A stretch of 64,000 nt of DNA from Candidatus Latescibacterota bacterium (GTDB lineage Bacteria; Latescibacterota; UBA2968). Location: positions 1,696,001 through 1,760,000 of the forward strand of contig OZ241986.1 in assembly GCA_965204375.1 (NCBI GenBank), written 5' to 3'. The notes below the pieces were generated by a model. It searched no databases. It worked only from the letters and a program-made list of their open reading frames with translations, and was not told the origin of the DNA. Positions 8,693-18,750 of this stretch are shown in pieces (within the stretch, counting starts at the first letter, position 1; each line of letters opens with the position of its first letter). The position numbers were made by a program, and so were the translations under genes.

Positions 8693-11600
8693 ATTTGCCG
8701 GAATTTTCAACGCGATATCCCGTGACAATTGCCATGGCGACCCTCGCGGTGGTATTGCTTGGATGGATATCGCTAGACGGTCTGGGCACCGATCTCTTGC
8801 CCGATTTGCAGACGCCTGTCGTCACCATAGACCTGGCAGCACCGGGCAAATCGCCTGTCGAGATCGAAGAAAGCTATACGCGCCGCCTCGAGCGCGACGT
8901 GAGCACGATTAATGGTGTCAAGCGCGTGTATTCGATTACCCGCTCGGGACAAGCCGTAGTCATTGCGGAATTTGCCTGGGATGCGGACATGGATTACGGG
9001 TTGCTCGACGTACAAAAAAGAGTGGGTCGCTATGCGGCGAATGAAGATGTGTCGCAGTTGGATGTGACACGAGAAGACCCGCTCGCACTCGCAGTGATGC
9101 GCATTGCGATTACAGCAGACGAAAACACGGAACTCGACGCACTGATGGGCACGGTAGAATTGCTGATCAAGCCCAAATTGGAGGCCCTCGAAGGCGTGGC
9201 GTCTGCTGAAGTGGAAGGGGGAGCAGAAAAGGAAGTGCGCGTTTCGCTCGACCCCTATTTGCTCGAAGCGTTTGGGCTTTCACCCGATGCGGTCATCAAT
9301 CGCATCGCACAGGCAAATGCCGATGTATCCGGAGGTACGCTCAGAGAAAATCAGCAGTCGTATCTGGTCAAAGCCCTCGGTCGCTTAAATGACATAAACG
9401 ATGTGCGGGAAGTCATCGTGGGAGAAAAGCGCGGGGGAGGAGGCACGGTTTCTGGAGATCGCGTGCCGGTGCGCGTGCGCGACGTGGGCACGGTTGATCT
9501 GGAATATCAAGAGCGAGAAACCATTGTACGCCTCAATGGACGGGAATGCGTTGGCCTCGCCATTTACAAAGAAGCCGGCAGCAATACAGTCGCCGTGGTC
9601 AATACGGTATTGGATGCGATAGACGATATCGAAGCAGATCTGAGCGGCATGCGGTTTACAACCGTCGAAAATCAGGCGCGATTTGTCGAAGACGCCATAG
9701 GTGAAGTCGAAACATCTGCCATTCATGGGGCAATTTTGGCAATTTTCGTGCTTTTGATCGCGTTGCGAAGTTGGACGGTGACGCTGGTGATTGCGTTGGC
9801 GATTCCCATTTCCGTATTGGCGACGTTCTCGCTCATGTACTTTGAAGGGCTGTCCCTGAATATTATGACGCTGGGCGGATTGGCCCTGGGCGCGGGCATG
9901 CTCGTTGACAATGCCATTGTGGTCATTGAAAACATTTATCGCCATCTCGAAAGTGGCGAGGATGCGCGCACAGCATCGAGTCGCGGAGCCTCTGAAGTCG
10001 GCGTGGCAATTCTGGCCTCAACGCTGACGACCGTGGCTGTTTTTTTGCCCATTGTCTATTTGCAGGGGCTGGCGGGCAAACTCTTTGTGGATCAGGCGTG
10101 GACAGTAGCATTTTCGCTGCTGTCATCACTGGTTGTGGCAATGACGACGATTCCGATGCTGACGTCGCGTATTTTCAGGCGGCTGAATACCACGCGTCAC
10201 ACGACCATTCGGTCGGACAAATACTATCGGTTTCTCAATGGTGTTTTGAACCGCAAACTCATCATGCTCGGCGTCGTGCTGCTCATTCTGGGTGGGACGG
10301 GATATATCGCCCGCGAGTTGCAGACCGAATTTATCCCACGCGAAGATCAGGGGCTGTTTCAAATTGACCTCACATTGTCCGAAGGCTCGCGTGTGGAACT
10401 GAGCGATCAGGTCGCCCTGCACGCCAAGGAGATTGTCGAAAGCGTTGGCGGAAGCGATGTGGCACATGTGTACGCACTGGTCGGCCTCAATCCCGCTCTG
10501 GTATCGAGCGGAGGCGAACCAACGGGTCCCAATCGCGCGACCCTATCGGTGGCTTTGCACACACAGCGGTCGCGCAGCGTCAGCGAGTTGGTGCGCGATC
10601 TGGATCCCATTTTGAGTGCCATGCCCGATATCGAGGTGAAATACAAGTTACACGAAACCGCGCTCGAAGGCGTGATGGGAGGGCAAGAAGCGCCCATTCA
10701 GGTCGAAGTGTCTGGGGAAAATCTCGATATTTTGGCACGCATCACAAAAGAGCTTCAGACGAGGATCGAGGATCTGCCTTCGGTGTACAATGTGCGCACG
10801 AGTTTTCAAGGCGGACAGCCAGAAATCGATCTGGCGATTCGCGATGAAGTGGCATCGGCTTTTGGACTGACTACCCAGACCATCAGCCGCACATTGGAAA
10901 GACAACTGTCGGGTGAAGTTGCCGGCGAATTGTCAAAAGACCAGCGCACGAGGGATATCCGCGTGAAATATCGAGATATGGACCTGCGCGAACTCCACAC
11001 CATGCAAATCGAAGGATCAGATGGCGCGATCCTGACATTGGGGGATATTGCCGAACTCAATATTATTGAAGGTCCCCGCGAAATTTTGAGAGAAAATCAG
11101 CAGCGCGTGGGGCGCATTACGGGCTATCTCACAGAAGGGCGCATTTTAAGTGAAGCCATTGCCGACGTACGCGCCATCATGCAGGAAATGGTTGTGCCGT
11201 CCGGGTATCGCGTTGAAATTGGCGGGGAAGAGCGCGAACGCGCGGCGTCATTTGAAAGTCTCAAATTCGCACTCCTGCTTTCAATTGTTCTGGTCTATAT
11301 GGTTATGGCATCGCTGTTTGAATCCACGCTCCATCCGTTCACCGTCATGTTTTCCGTTCCCTTAGCTGGCGTCGGCGTAATATTTGGATTCTATCTTTTG
11401 GGCGAACCGCTCAGTGTAATGGCCTATATCGGCATTATTATGCTGGGTGGTATTGCGGTCAACGATGCGATTGTGCTCGTGGATCGCATCAACCAGCTCC
11501 GGCAAGCTGGCTTGACGCTGCGAGAAGCAATTCTCCAGGGTGGTCAAGACCGCTTGCGCCCCATTATGATGACGAGTGCGACGACCATTCTCGCTCTGCT

Positions 11601-11754
11601 GCCCATGGCACTCGGCTTTGGCGAGGGGGCAAAATTGCGCGCGCCTATGGCGATTGCCGTCATTGCCGGATTGGTGACATCGACATTGATGACCTTACTC
11701 GTGATACCCACCATGTATGAACTAATTGATCGACTTCGGGGGAAATCCGCGTGA
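8689..11754 (+). CDS. RND efflux permease, AcrB/AcrD/AcrF family
   Basis: 1021 aa. GMLVDNAIVVIENI in TM4, SLFES..HP, RLRPIMMT, PMAIAVIAGL. ATGA overlap with the MFP gene. Confidence 0.95.
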   Translation: MNLPEFSTRYPVTIAMATLAVVLLGWISLDGLGTDLLPDLQTPVVTIDLAAPGKSPVEIEESYTRRLERDVSTINGVKRVYSITRSGQAVVIAEFAWDADMDYGLLDVQKRVGRYAANEDVSQLDVTREDPLALAVMRIAITADENTELDALMGTVELLIKPKLEALEGVASAEVEGGAEKEVRVSLDPYLLEAFGLSPDAVINRIAQANADVSGGTLRENQQSYLVKALGRLNDINDVREVIVGEKRGGGGTVSGDRVPVRVRDVGTVDLEYQERETIVRLNGRECVGLAIYKEAGSNTVAVVNTVLDAIDDIEADLSGMRFTTVENQARFVEDAIGEVETSAIHGAILAIFVLLIALRSWTVTLVIALAIPISVLATFSLMYFEGLSLNIMTLGGLALGAGMLVDNAIVVIENIYRHLESGEDARTASSRGASEVGVAILASTLTTVAVFLPIVYLQGLAGKLFVDQAWTVAFSLLSSLVVAMTTIPMLTSRIFRRLNTTRHTTIRSDKYYRFLNGVLNRKLIMLGVVLLILGGTGYIARELQTEFIPREDQGLFQIDLTLSEGSRVELSDQVALHAKEIVESVGGSDVAHVYALVGLNPALVSSGGEPTGPNRATLSVALHTQRSRSVSELVRDLDPILSAMPDIEVKYKLHETALEGVMGGQEAPIQVEVSGENLDILARITKELQTRIEDLPSVYNVRTSFQGGQPEIDLAIRDEVASAFGLTTQTISRTLERQLSGEVAGELSKDQRTRDIRVKYRDMDLRELHTMQIEGSDGAILTLGDIAELNIIEGPREILRENQQRVGRITGYLTEGRILSEAIADVRAIMQEMVVPSGYRVEIGGEERERAASFESLKFALLLSIVLVYMVMASLFESTLHPFTVMFSVPLAGVGVIFGFYLLGEPLSVMAYIGIIMLGGIAVNDAIVLVDRINQLRQAGLTLREAILQGGQDRLRPIMMTSATTILALLPMALGFGEGAKLRAPMAIAVIAGLVTSTLMTLLVIPTMYELIDRLRGKSA

Positions 11755-14700
11755 CACTTGCTGGTATTGCCGTTCGGCGGCCCGTGACCACGGCCATGTT
11801 TTTTCTTGGTCTGGCTATTTTAGGCGCGATTTCACTGGATCGGTTGCCCGTTCAGATATTTCCCGAACTCGTTCGCCCGGAAGTCTTTATCACAGTTACT
11901 CAGCAGGGCTACTCGCCCGAGCAGGTCGAGCGGGAATTGGTGATGCCCGTCGAGGGAGAAGTAGGCAAACTTGAAGGCATTGAGGCGTATGAGTCCTTTT
12001 CTCGTCAGAACAATGGCCAGATACGCATTTCTTACGCGCCCAATACGGATATGAAATTCGCTCTGTTGCAGCTCGAGAGCCGCATCACGCGCCTGCAATC
12101 GCTTTTGCCCGAAAGAACGCGGGTCAACATACAGCGCTTTGATTCCTCTGATCTGAGTGCCTCGGTGATGCAAATCCACGTGCTGGGCGAAGGCGATATA
12201 AACTGGCTACGCGAATTTGCCGAGGAGAAAATCAGGCCAGAATTGGAAGCGGTCGATGGCGTTGTCAACGCGCAGGTCCTGGGCGGGCAAAGGACAGCTA
12301 TTGAAATTATTGTCGATCCATTGATGCTGCAGGCGCACCAGCTTGCGATGTCTGATGTTCGCAATCGCATCAATGCTTTTAATACGCGGCGGCAATATCT
12401 CGGGCGGGTGTACGACGGCGACCAGGCTTATGCGGTCAGCATTCAGGGGCAATTTACAGACCTCGTGCAAATCCGCAGAGTCGTTATCAAACCCGAATTG
12501 CCCCTGCATCTGGGCGACATTGCCCAAATTCGCTACGGCCTTCAGGAGCGTACAGATCTGCAGCGCATCAATGGCAAACCCGCCGTTGGCATTCGCATTC
12601 AAAAAGACGATGAAGCCAATCTCATCGAACTTGCAGGAGAACTCGAAGACACCATCGAACGCGTCAACCGCGATCTCGCCTATGAAAATATCCAGCTCGT
12701 GATCAGCCAGAATCTGGCAGAGATTATGAACGAAGCCCTCAATACCCTCAAACTGGCCGCTGTTGTCGGGGGATTGCTCGGGCTTTTTGTTTTGTTCTTG
12801 TTTTTGAGAAATCTGCGTTTTGTCGCTGTTTTGCTCCTCGCCATTCCGTGTTCTTTGCTGCTCACATTCAATCTGATGTATATGTGGGATCTCAGTTTGA
12901 ATGTGCTCTCGCTGTGTGGCCTCGCGCTTGCAATTGGTATGTTGATGGACAACAGCATCGTGGTCATGGAAAATATCTTCAAGCATTTTGAACAGGGTAA
13001 ATCCCCCAAAGAAGCCGCAAAAGCCGGAACCGATGAGGTTGCACGCGCCGTTGTTGCGGCTACAGCGACTACGATTACGGTTTTTTTGCCCGTTGTTTTT
13101 ATTCAAAGCGATTTTCAGGATATCCTGCGGGAACTCGCGTTGTCCATGGTATTTCCGCTGCTTGCCTCTCTCCTTGTCGCGCTCACACTCGTGCCTGCCC
13201 TCGCATCGAAAACCCTTTCTCTCACATCTCGACCACCGACGGAAACAGGCGTATTGATCGAGATGTACACCGTATGTCTCAAAGCGGGCTTGCGCCATAG
13301 AATCAGCGTGTCACTGGGCATTGCCGGCGCGCTTGTCGTCACGCTGATCATTTCTTTTTTCTTTATGCTACAACAGGATATCCGCCAGGAAGAAAGCCGT
13401 TTTACCGTCTATATCAGCATGCCTGAAGGCACGACTATTGAAGCCCTCGATGCTGTTGTTGGCGAAATTGAAAGTGCTGTGCGAGATCTCAAAGGTATAG
13501 ATCGCTTTACGACCAGTATCAGCGAAACCCAGGCGAGTATCAATGTGGAGCTTTTGCCCTTAGCCGAACGCCCCGACCAGATTTCTGTCGATCTCATCAA
13601 GGAGAATCTCGAAGAGTCATTCGGTGATGTCCAAAATGCAATTGTGAGTTATGAGGCCATCGCGCGTACGGGTAGGGGAGGTGGTGGTGGCCGAGGCGGT
13701 GGGGGAGGCGGCGGTATTCGAGGCACCCGCCAGGCATCTGGTGGATTCAATCTGGAAGGGGGCACCCCTTCGGAAATGGCTGTAATTCGCGGCTATGATT
13801 TCACGGTGCTTCAAATGCTTGCCGACGATCTGGTCTATCGCCTCGAAGAATTGGAGGAACTCGATCCCAATAGCGTGCAGGCCGATGCAGAACGCGGCGC
13901 ATCTGAAGTGCATGTTTTGCCCGATGAAGAAGTGATGTTTGATCGGCGATTGCAGGTTCGCCAGGTGCTCAATGCAGTATCCGACGCCAATCCGCGCGGT
14001 GCGCGGTCCAATATCGCATTTCTCACACCCGAAGGTGTGGAAATCCCGATTGATATTCGCAATGTTGAAGATCCCGAAGAAGAAGGGGAAGGCATTGCGG
14101 GCTTGAGACAGACGCCGATTCTGGGTACGGGGGGGACGTACATTCCCCTTGTGGAAGTTTCGCATGTGCGCCGGGATCAGGGCAGGAGCATGATTTTGCG
14201 CACCAATCAATCGCGGCGCGTAATTGTGTCCTATCGCTTCGCCGACGAAATTTTGCAATCTCAGCCTCTGCTGGAAGCCTCCCGCGATTATGTGCAAGCT
14301 GTGGTCTCTGAAATGGTACTTCCCGAAGGGTATAGTATCGAAATGATCGAGGCAGAGGAAGAGACGATTTATTACTGGATGCTCGGCATTGCTGCACTGC
14401 TCATTTTTATGATTTTGGCCTCTTTGTTTGAATCGCTTTCTGCGCCTTTGATTATTCTGTGTACGTTGCCCACGGCAATTATTGGATCGTGCTGGGCCCT
14501 GGTCTTATCGGGTACGGGATTGACCCAACAAGAAGGCCCAATGGCACTGTTGGGATTTATTGTTTTGCTCGGTATTGCCGTCAACAATGGGATCGTGCTG
14601 ATCGATGCGATTGGAACCCTTCGCAATCGCCGCGGATTCAGGCGAGAACGCGCGGTGCTCGCGGCGAGTCGGTCGCGTGTGCGCCCCATTTTAATGACTT

Positions 14701-16478
14701 CAGCGACCACCATTTTGGGCGTTTTGCCTCTGGCACTCACGTTTGGCGGCGATTACGAAATTTGGCCGCCCTTTGCGATTACGGTGCTGGGGGGAATGGC
14801 GGTTTCAATGGTATCTACCCTCGTATTTATACCCGTGATGTACATGGGAATTGACCAGATCAAAGCCTGGTTGGCGGATATTGGCTGGTTCGGGATCGTA
14901 TTGGGGACGGCAGCCGCTGCGGGATTGACGTATTGGGTTGACGATTATTACCAGAGTTTGTTCTGGACCTGTCTTTTGGCATTGCCGGCGTGGATGTTGT
15001 GTATGAGCGTGGTCTGGATTGTGCAACGCATTTATCGCGCGCGTATGGCTTCTCTTGCTGAGATCGGGAATATTGAATATCTCGAAATTCGCAATCTGAC
15101 AAAAATTTACGGCGCGCCGGGGCGGTTTAAGCACGAATGGGATCGCTTCAAGCGCCGCAATCAGCGCCTTTTAGAGCGCGGACAGGTATTGGTAGATAAA
15201 AAGGCGATTCGAGATAGTTTGTGGTGGAAGTTACCACTTGTGGTACTTTTGATCTATTTAGAAACCTATTTTGAACAGGGATCCTGGATCTTTTTGACGG
15301 GGCTTGCTATATGGGGTCTTATACATCACCTTGTGCTTTGCGCGGCAGCTTTGCGCGATTTTCAGATTGAGAACAGATGGATATCACAAATCGCCCAATT
15401 GATTTTGCCGCTGGTCTTTGTCGCCTTTATCCATTGGCGTTTGGAACTTATATCTTTGACTATAGCCACTTCTGCAATCTACTTTCTCTATCGCATCATC
15501 GGATTTTTGGCAAATCGCGTCGCACGAGGTCGCGTTGATCCCGAACATATACCGGGAAAGTTGGGCCCTGTAAAAGGCATTGTGTACCGCGGTGCTGCAG
15601 CCGTTCCCCTGATTGGCGTTCCCCGTCCGCAATTTCAGGCTCTCGGCGGTGTGAGTCTCGATATACCACGCGGCATGTTTGGCCTTCTGGGTCCCAATGG
15701 CGCGGGCAAGACCACGCTGATGCGAATTGTCTGTCGGGTTTTGTCGTCAAATTACGGATCTGTGCTCGCCAATGGCAAAATACCGCTTACACATCGGAAT
15801 ATGCAGGGGGTGATTGGATATTTGCCGCAGCACTTTGGCCTGTATCTTCACATGTCTGCGTATAATTATCTGGAATACCGCGCGCTTTTGGAGGGATTTA
15901 AGGACGGGGTGGCACGGCGCAATCGCGTACAGGAATGTCTGGAGCAGGTCAATCTGTGGGATAGGCGCGACGATCCGATCGGTTCATTCTCCGGCGGTAT
16001 GAAACAGCGTGTGGGTATTGCACAAACTCTGTTGCACTTGCCGCAAATTATTGTGGTGGATGAACCGACAGCGGGATTGGATCCACTCGAGCGAATCCGG
16101 TTCAGAAATTTGCTGGCGCGATTTAGCCAGGAAAAGATCATTATTTTTTCCACGCATATTGTGGAAGATATTTCGGGCAGTTGCAACCAATTGGCCGTGC
16201 TGAATCACGGTAAGCTGCTTTATACGGGAACCCCGATTGAGATGCGCGATTTGGCGCGCGATAAGGTGTGGGACGCCCTGCTACCAGATCAGCGCTTTGA
16301 AGCGTTAGAACGCGATCTGGATATGATTACGCATGTGCGCGTACCCGATGGGATTCGAGTGCGATTTCTCGCCACTGATCCCATCCCAGAAGCATGTCCA
16401 GTTACGCCCACCCTCGAAGATGCGTACCTCTACCTTTTGCGACATGGCGATGAATACAAACAGTCTAACATGGCGTGA
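11751..16478 (+). CDS. RND permease fused to an extra membrane domain and a C-terminal ABC ATPase
   Basis: About 1035 aa of AcrB-type sequence (MDNSIVVMENI, RVRPILMT), then hydrophobic helices, then GPNGAGKTT / FSGGMKQR / VVDEPT / STH in one 1575-aa frame. Confidence 0.88.
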   Translation: MTLAGIAVRRPVTTAMFFLGLAILGAISLDRLPVQIFPELVRPEVFITVTQQGYSPEQVERELVMPVEGEVGKLEGIEAYESFSRQNNGQIRISYAPNTDMKFALLQLESRITRLQSLLPERTRVNIQRFDSSDLSASVMQIHVLGEGDINWLREFAEEKIRPELEAVDGVVNAQVLGGQRTAIEIIVDPLMLQAHQLAMSDVRNRINAFNTRRQYLGRVYDGDQAYAVSIQGQFTDLVQIRRVVIKPELPLHLGDIAQIRYGLQERTDLQRINGKPAVGIRIQKDDEANLIELAGELEDTIERVNRDLAYENIQLVISQNLAEIMNEALNTLKLAAVVGGLLGLFVLFLFLRNLRFVAVLLLAIPCSLLLTFNLMYMWDLSLNVLSLCGLALAIGMLMDNSIVVMENIFKHFEQGKSPKEAAKAGTDEVARAVVAATATTITVFLPVVFIQSDFQDILRELALSMVFPLLASLLVALTLVPALASKTLSLTSRPPTETGVLIEMYTVCLKAGLRHRISVSLGIAGALVVTLIISFFFMLQQDIRQEESRFTVYISMPEGTTIEALDAVVGEIESAVRDLKGIDRFTTSISETQASINVELLPLAERPDQISVDLIKENLEESFGDVQNAIVSYEAIARTGRGGGGGRGGGGGGGIRGTRQASGGFNLEGGTPSEMAVIRGYDFTVLQMLADDLVYRLEELEELDPNSVQADAERGASEVHVLPDEEVMFDRRLQVRQVLNAVSDANPRGARSNIAFLTPEGVEIPIDIRNVEDPEEEGEGIAGLRQTPILGTGGTYIPLVEVSHVRRDQGRSMILRTNQSRRVIVSYRFADEILQSQPLLEASRDYVQAVVSEMVLPEGYSIEMIEAEEETIYYWMLGIAALLIFMILASLFESLSAPLIILCTLPTAIIGSCWALVLSGTGLTQQEGPMALLGFIVLLGIAVNNGIVLIDAIGTLRNRRGFRRERAVLAASRSRVRPILMTSATTILGVLPLALTFGGDYEIWPPFAITVLGGMAVSMVSTLVFIPVMYMGIDQIKAWLADIGWFGIVLGTAAAAGLTYWVDDYYQSLFWTCLLALPAWMLCMSVVWIVQRIYRARMASLAEIGNIEYLEIRNLTKIYGAPGRFKHEWDRFKRRNQRLLERGQVLVDKKAIRDSLWWKLPLVVLLIYLETYFEQGSWIFLTGLAIWGLIHHLVLCAAALRDFQIENRWISQIAQLILPLVFVAFIHWRLELISLTIATSAIYFLYRIIGFLANRVARGRVDPEHIPGKLGPVKGIVYRGAAAVPLIGVPRPQFQALGGVSLDIPRGMFGLLGPNGAGKTTLMRIVCRVLSSNYGSVLANGKIPLTHRNMQGVIGYLPQHFGLYLHMSAYNYLEYRALLEGFKDGVARRNRVQECLEQVNLWDRRDDPIGSFSGGMKQRVGIAQTLLHLPQIIVVDEPTAGLDPLERIRFRNLLARFSQEKIIIFSTHIVEDISGSCNQLAVLNHGKLLYTGTPIEMRDLARDKVWDALLPDQRFEALERDLDMITHVRVPDGIRVRFLATDPIPEACPVTPTLEDAYLYLLRHGDEYKQSNMA

Positions 16479-17178
16479 GTTGCTCTTTTTCGTCGGAAAG
16501 ATGCACAGCCTGAGCATGAGAATCGTTTTTCACCGCAAAATGATTTTTATGTTCGGCGGAATTGTGGCGTATTACGCAATTTTGTACGCAATTGCAATCT
16601 GGCGTCCAGGCGAGGGGTTTTCAGTTGAGCAAGCCCTCCATGTATTGGTCGAAGTGCCGGGGACAGTGCTTGCAATTTATATGACGATGGATCTGGTGTC
16701 GGGGGAGAGGGATAAGGATACGCTTGAGATTTTGTTCAGCACGGCGATCAGCCACTATGCGACGTGGTCTGTGAGAATTGTGTCGATCAGCGCTGCACTA
16801 TTTGCCACGCTGATGGCAATGAGCACGATTTCCTACTATTTTTTCGCGGAGTTCCCCTATGTCCTGGGGGGATTGAATGCCTGTATTCCCGCCTTTTTTA
16901 TGGTGGGAGCCACATTTTTGTTTTCTGTTTTGTGTCGCAGTGGGAATGCGGCAGGTATGCTCGCTGTTGGGCTTTTGATTGCGATTTTGCTTTCTACCGA
17001 GACGTTTGAAGATACATCGTATTACCTTTTTCTCAAGCCATTTGATCCGCCTTCAGATTTAGATACCAGCCTGTGGGTAAATCGCGTAGTCTTAAACCGC
17101 ACGGGCATTGCCATTCTCGGTATATTGTTCATTTTTCTGGCTCTGAGACGAATGATAGAGCGCGAAAAGCTACTGTGA
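16450..17178 (+). CDS. ABC-2 type permease subunit
   Basis: About 6 TM helices and the ERDKDTLEILFS motif. Start is ATG 16444 or 16450, overlapping the end of the RND-ABC gene. Confidence 0.8.
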   Translation: MNTNSLTWRELLFFVGKMHSLSMRIVFHRKMIFMFGGIVAYYAILYAIAIWRPGEGFSVEQALHVLVEVPGTVLAIYMTMDLVSGERDKDTLEILFSTAISHYATWSVRIVSISAALFATLMAMSTISYYFFAEFPYVLGGLNACIPAFFMVGATFLFSVLCRSGNAAGMLAVGLLIAILLSTETFEDTSYYLFLKPFDPPSDLDTSLWVNRVVLNRTGIAILGILFIFLALRRMIEREKLL

Positions 17179-17244
17179 TAGCGTCCAAAGCGTCCGCAGA
17201 TGACGCAGAAAGACGCAGATGAAAAGCAAAAGCAACATCCATAG

Positions 17245-17279
17245 AAAAGCCCCTCGTCAATATAGACCAAGGGCTTTTT
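17245..17279 (+). terminator. Intrinsic terminator ending the RND/ABC operon
   Basis: AAAAGCCC...GGGCTTTTT hairpin. Confidence 0.7.
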
Positions 17280-17314
17280 ATGTTGTTTGAACTACCATTT
17301 GCAGGGATTTTTAA

Positions 17315-17836
17315 ATGAATAAAAATGTCGCCTATTCCGAGACCTCATGGCCGTTCATCCTTCCTGCGATTTTACTGTATTTGGCTATTGCTATAATAGT
17401 CGTTTATTTTAAGGGACTGGAATTTAGAACTTATTTGGCTATCGCTATTATATTTGTAGGAAGTTGCTATATGTTTCTGCTTTACTGGCGTTACGCAATT
17501 CAGATAGACGATACAACAATCTCGTTTGGTTATCACTTTACCGGAAAAGAAAAAGTTTTATTGAATACAATTGAGTATGCTGAGATTCTCATCTTTGATC
17601 GAAAAAATCCTACCACACGCTTCGGCATTAATAGATTGGGAGGGCCTCCTGTTCGGTTGACGGGGAGGTTGATCAGGTTGAGATTGAATGAAGAATACCT
17701 TACCCGGTATAAACTCAAGCGAAAAAAGAAGGTGAAACAATTAGTACTTGTATCGAGAAAGCCCGAATCGGTTTTGTCCGTGCTATCAGAAAAAGGCGTT
17801 CCAGTGCAACGGATGCAACGGCAAAGAACTGAATAA
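17315..17836 (+). CDS. Hypothetical membrane protein (2 TM plus basic soluble domain), AT-rich
   Basis: 173-aa ORF with two N-terminal hydrophobic segments. Visibly lower GC than its neighbours. Confidence 0.6.
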   Translation: MNKNVAYSETSWPFILPAILLYLAIAIIVVYFKGLEFRTYLAIAIIFVGSCYMFLLYWRYAIQIDDTTISFGYHFTGKEKVLLNTIEYAEILIFDRKNPTTRFGINRLGGPPVRLTGRLIRLRLNEEYLTRYKLKRKKKVKQLVLVSRKPESVLSVLSEKGVPVQRMQRQRTE

Positions 17837-17924
17837 CATTTTTTTCTTTATCTTGCCCAAAATGTGCAATTTATATACCTTAGCACCTTAATATCTCATC
17901 ATAGGGTAGGGAAGGAGATCATTC

Positions 17925-18587
17925 ATGCAGTCACCACAGCCGCAACAAGAAGACATACTGGTCTGGTTCCTCAAGGTTTGGGGGCAGATTGAAGCAAATT
18001 ATATCAGAATCCTCACGGGATTTGGCATTGCCATTGTCGCTGCGCTGATAGTCCTCTTTTTTTATCGCACGCAAACACAACACGCAGAGGCGGCTCGCAT
18101 AGCTCTTGGAGACGTTTATATTGCGCTTTATGAAGGGCGCGTGGAGGATGCGCTTGCCGCATCTCAGGAAGTAATAGAAACCTATGCAGGTGAAGCCGAA
18201 GCGGGCGAAGCATTGATGGCGCTGGCCAATTTGCACTATGAAGAAGGACGTATCGCAGAGGCTCGCACATATTTTCAACAATATCTGAACGAATATCCAA
18301 CAGACGGACCATTGGGTTATGGTGCCTGGTCGGGTTTGGCATCATGTCTTGAAAGCGAAGAAAAATTCGCCGAAGCAGGCCAACAGTTCGCAGCCTTCGC
18401 CGAAGCACATCCCGGATCGCCTTTTGCGCCGATAGCTCTGAAGGAAGCCGGCAGATGTTACGAACTCGGAAAAATGCCTCAGCAGGCGAGCGATGCGTAT
18501 CAAAAGATCGTCAAAGAATACGATGAGTCATCCGTCACGAGATTTGCACGCGGGCAATTGAGCATGATGGGTATTGAGATAGATTAG
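17925..18587 (+). CDS. Membrane-anchored TPR protein (YfgM/CpoB-like)
   Basis: Single TM followed by TPR helices (ALMALANLHYEEG, YLNEYP, FAEAHPGSPFAP). SD AAGGAG and an upstream TTGCCC-17-TACCTT. Confidence 0.8.
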   Translation: MQSPQPQQEDILVWFLKVWGQIEANYIRILTGFGIAIVAALIVLFFYRTQTQHAEAARIALGDVYIALYEGRVEDALAASQEVIETYAGEAEAGEALMALANLHYEEGRIAEARTYFQQYLNEYPTDGPLGYGAWSGLASCLESEEKFAEAGQQFAAFAEAHPGSPFAPIALKEAGRCYELGKMPQQASDAYQKIVKEYDESSVTRFARGQLSMMGIEID

Positions 18588-18617
18588 CGCAAATCTTTGA
18601 ATTTGGCACAATACCAT

Positions 18618-18666
18618 AAATAAAACCCTGGGAAGCAGAAAAACGCTTCTCAGGGTTTTATTTTTT
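18618..18666. terminator. Bidirectional intrinsic terminator
   Basis: AAATAAAACCCTGGGAAGC-loop-GCTTCTCAGGGTTTTATTT. Confidence 0.8.
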
Positions 18667-18750
18667 AGGAAAAAGTCTTGAGGTTCCCAAATAGACCAAA
18701 ATTGGCCTGATTGGCAGATGATAGGACTCGTCAAAAAATAACAGCAAAAA

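Noticed and set aside
12207-13298. 363-aa minus-strand ORF and similar long antisense ORFs
   Set aside because: They are shadows of well-supported genes on the opposite strand and have no recognisable motifs.
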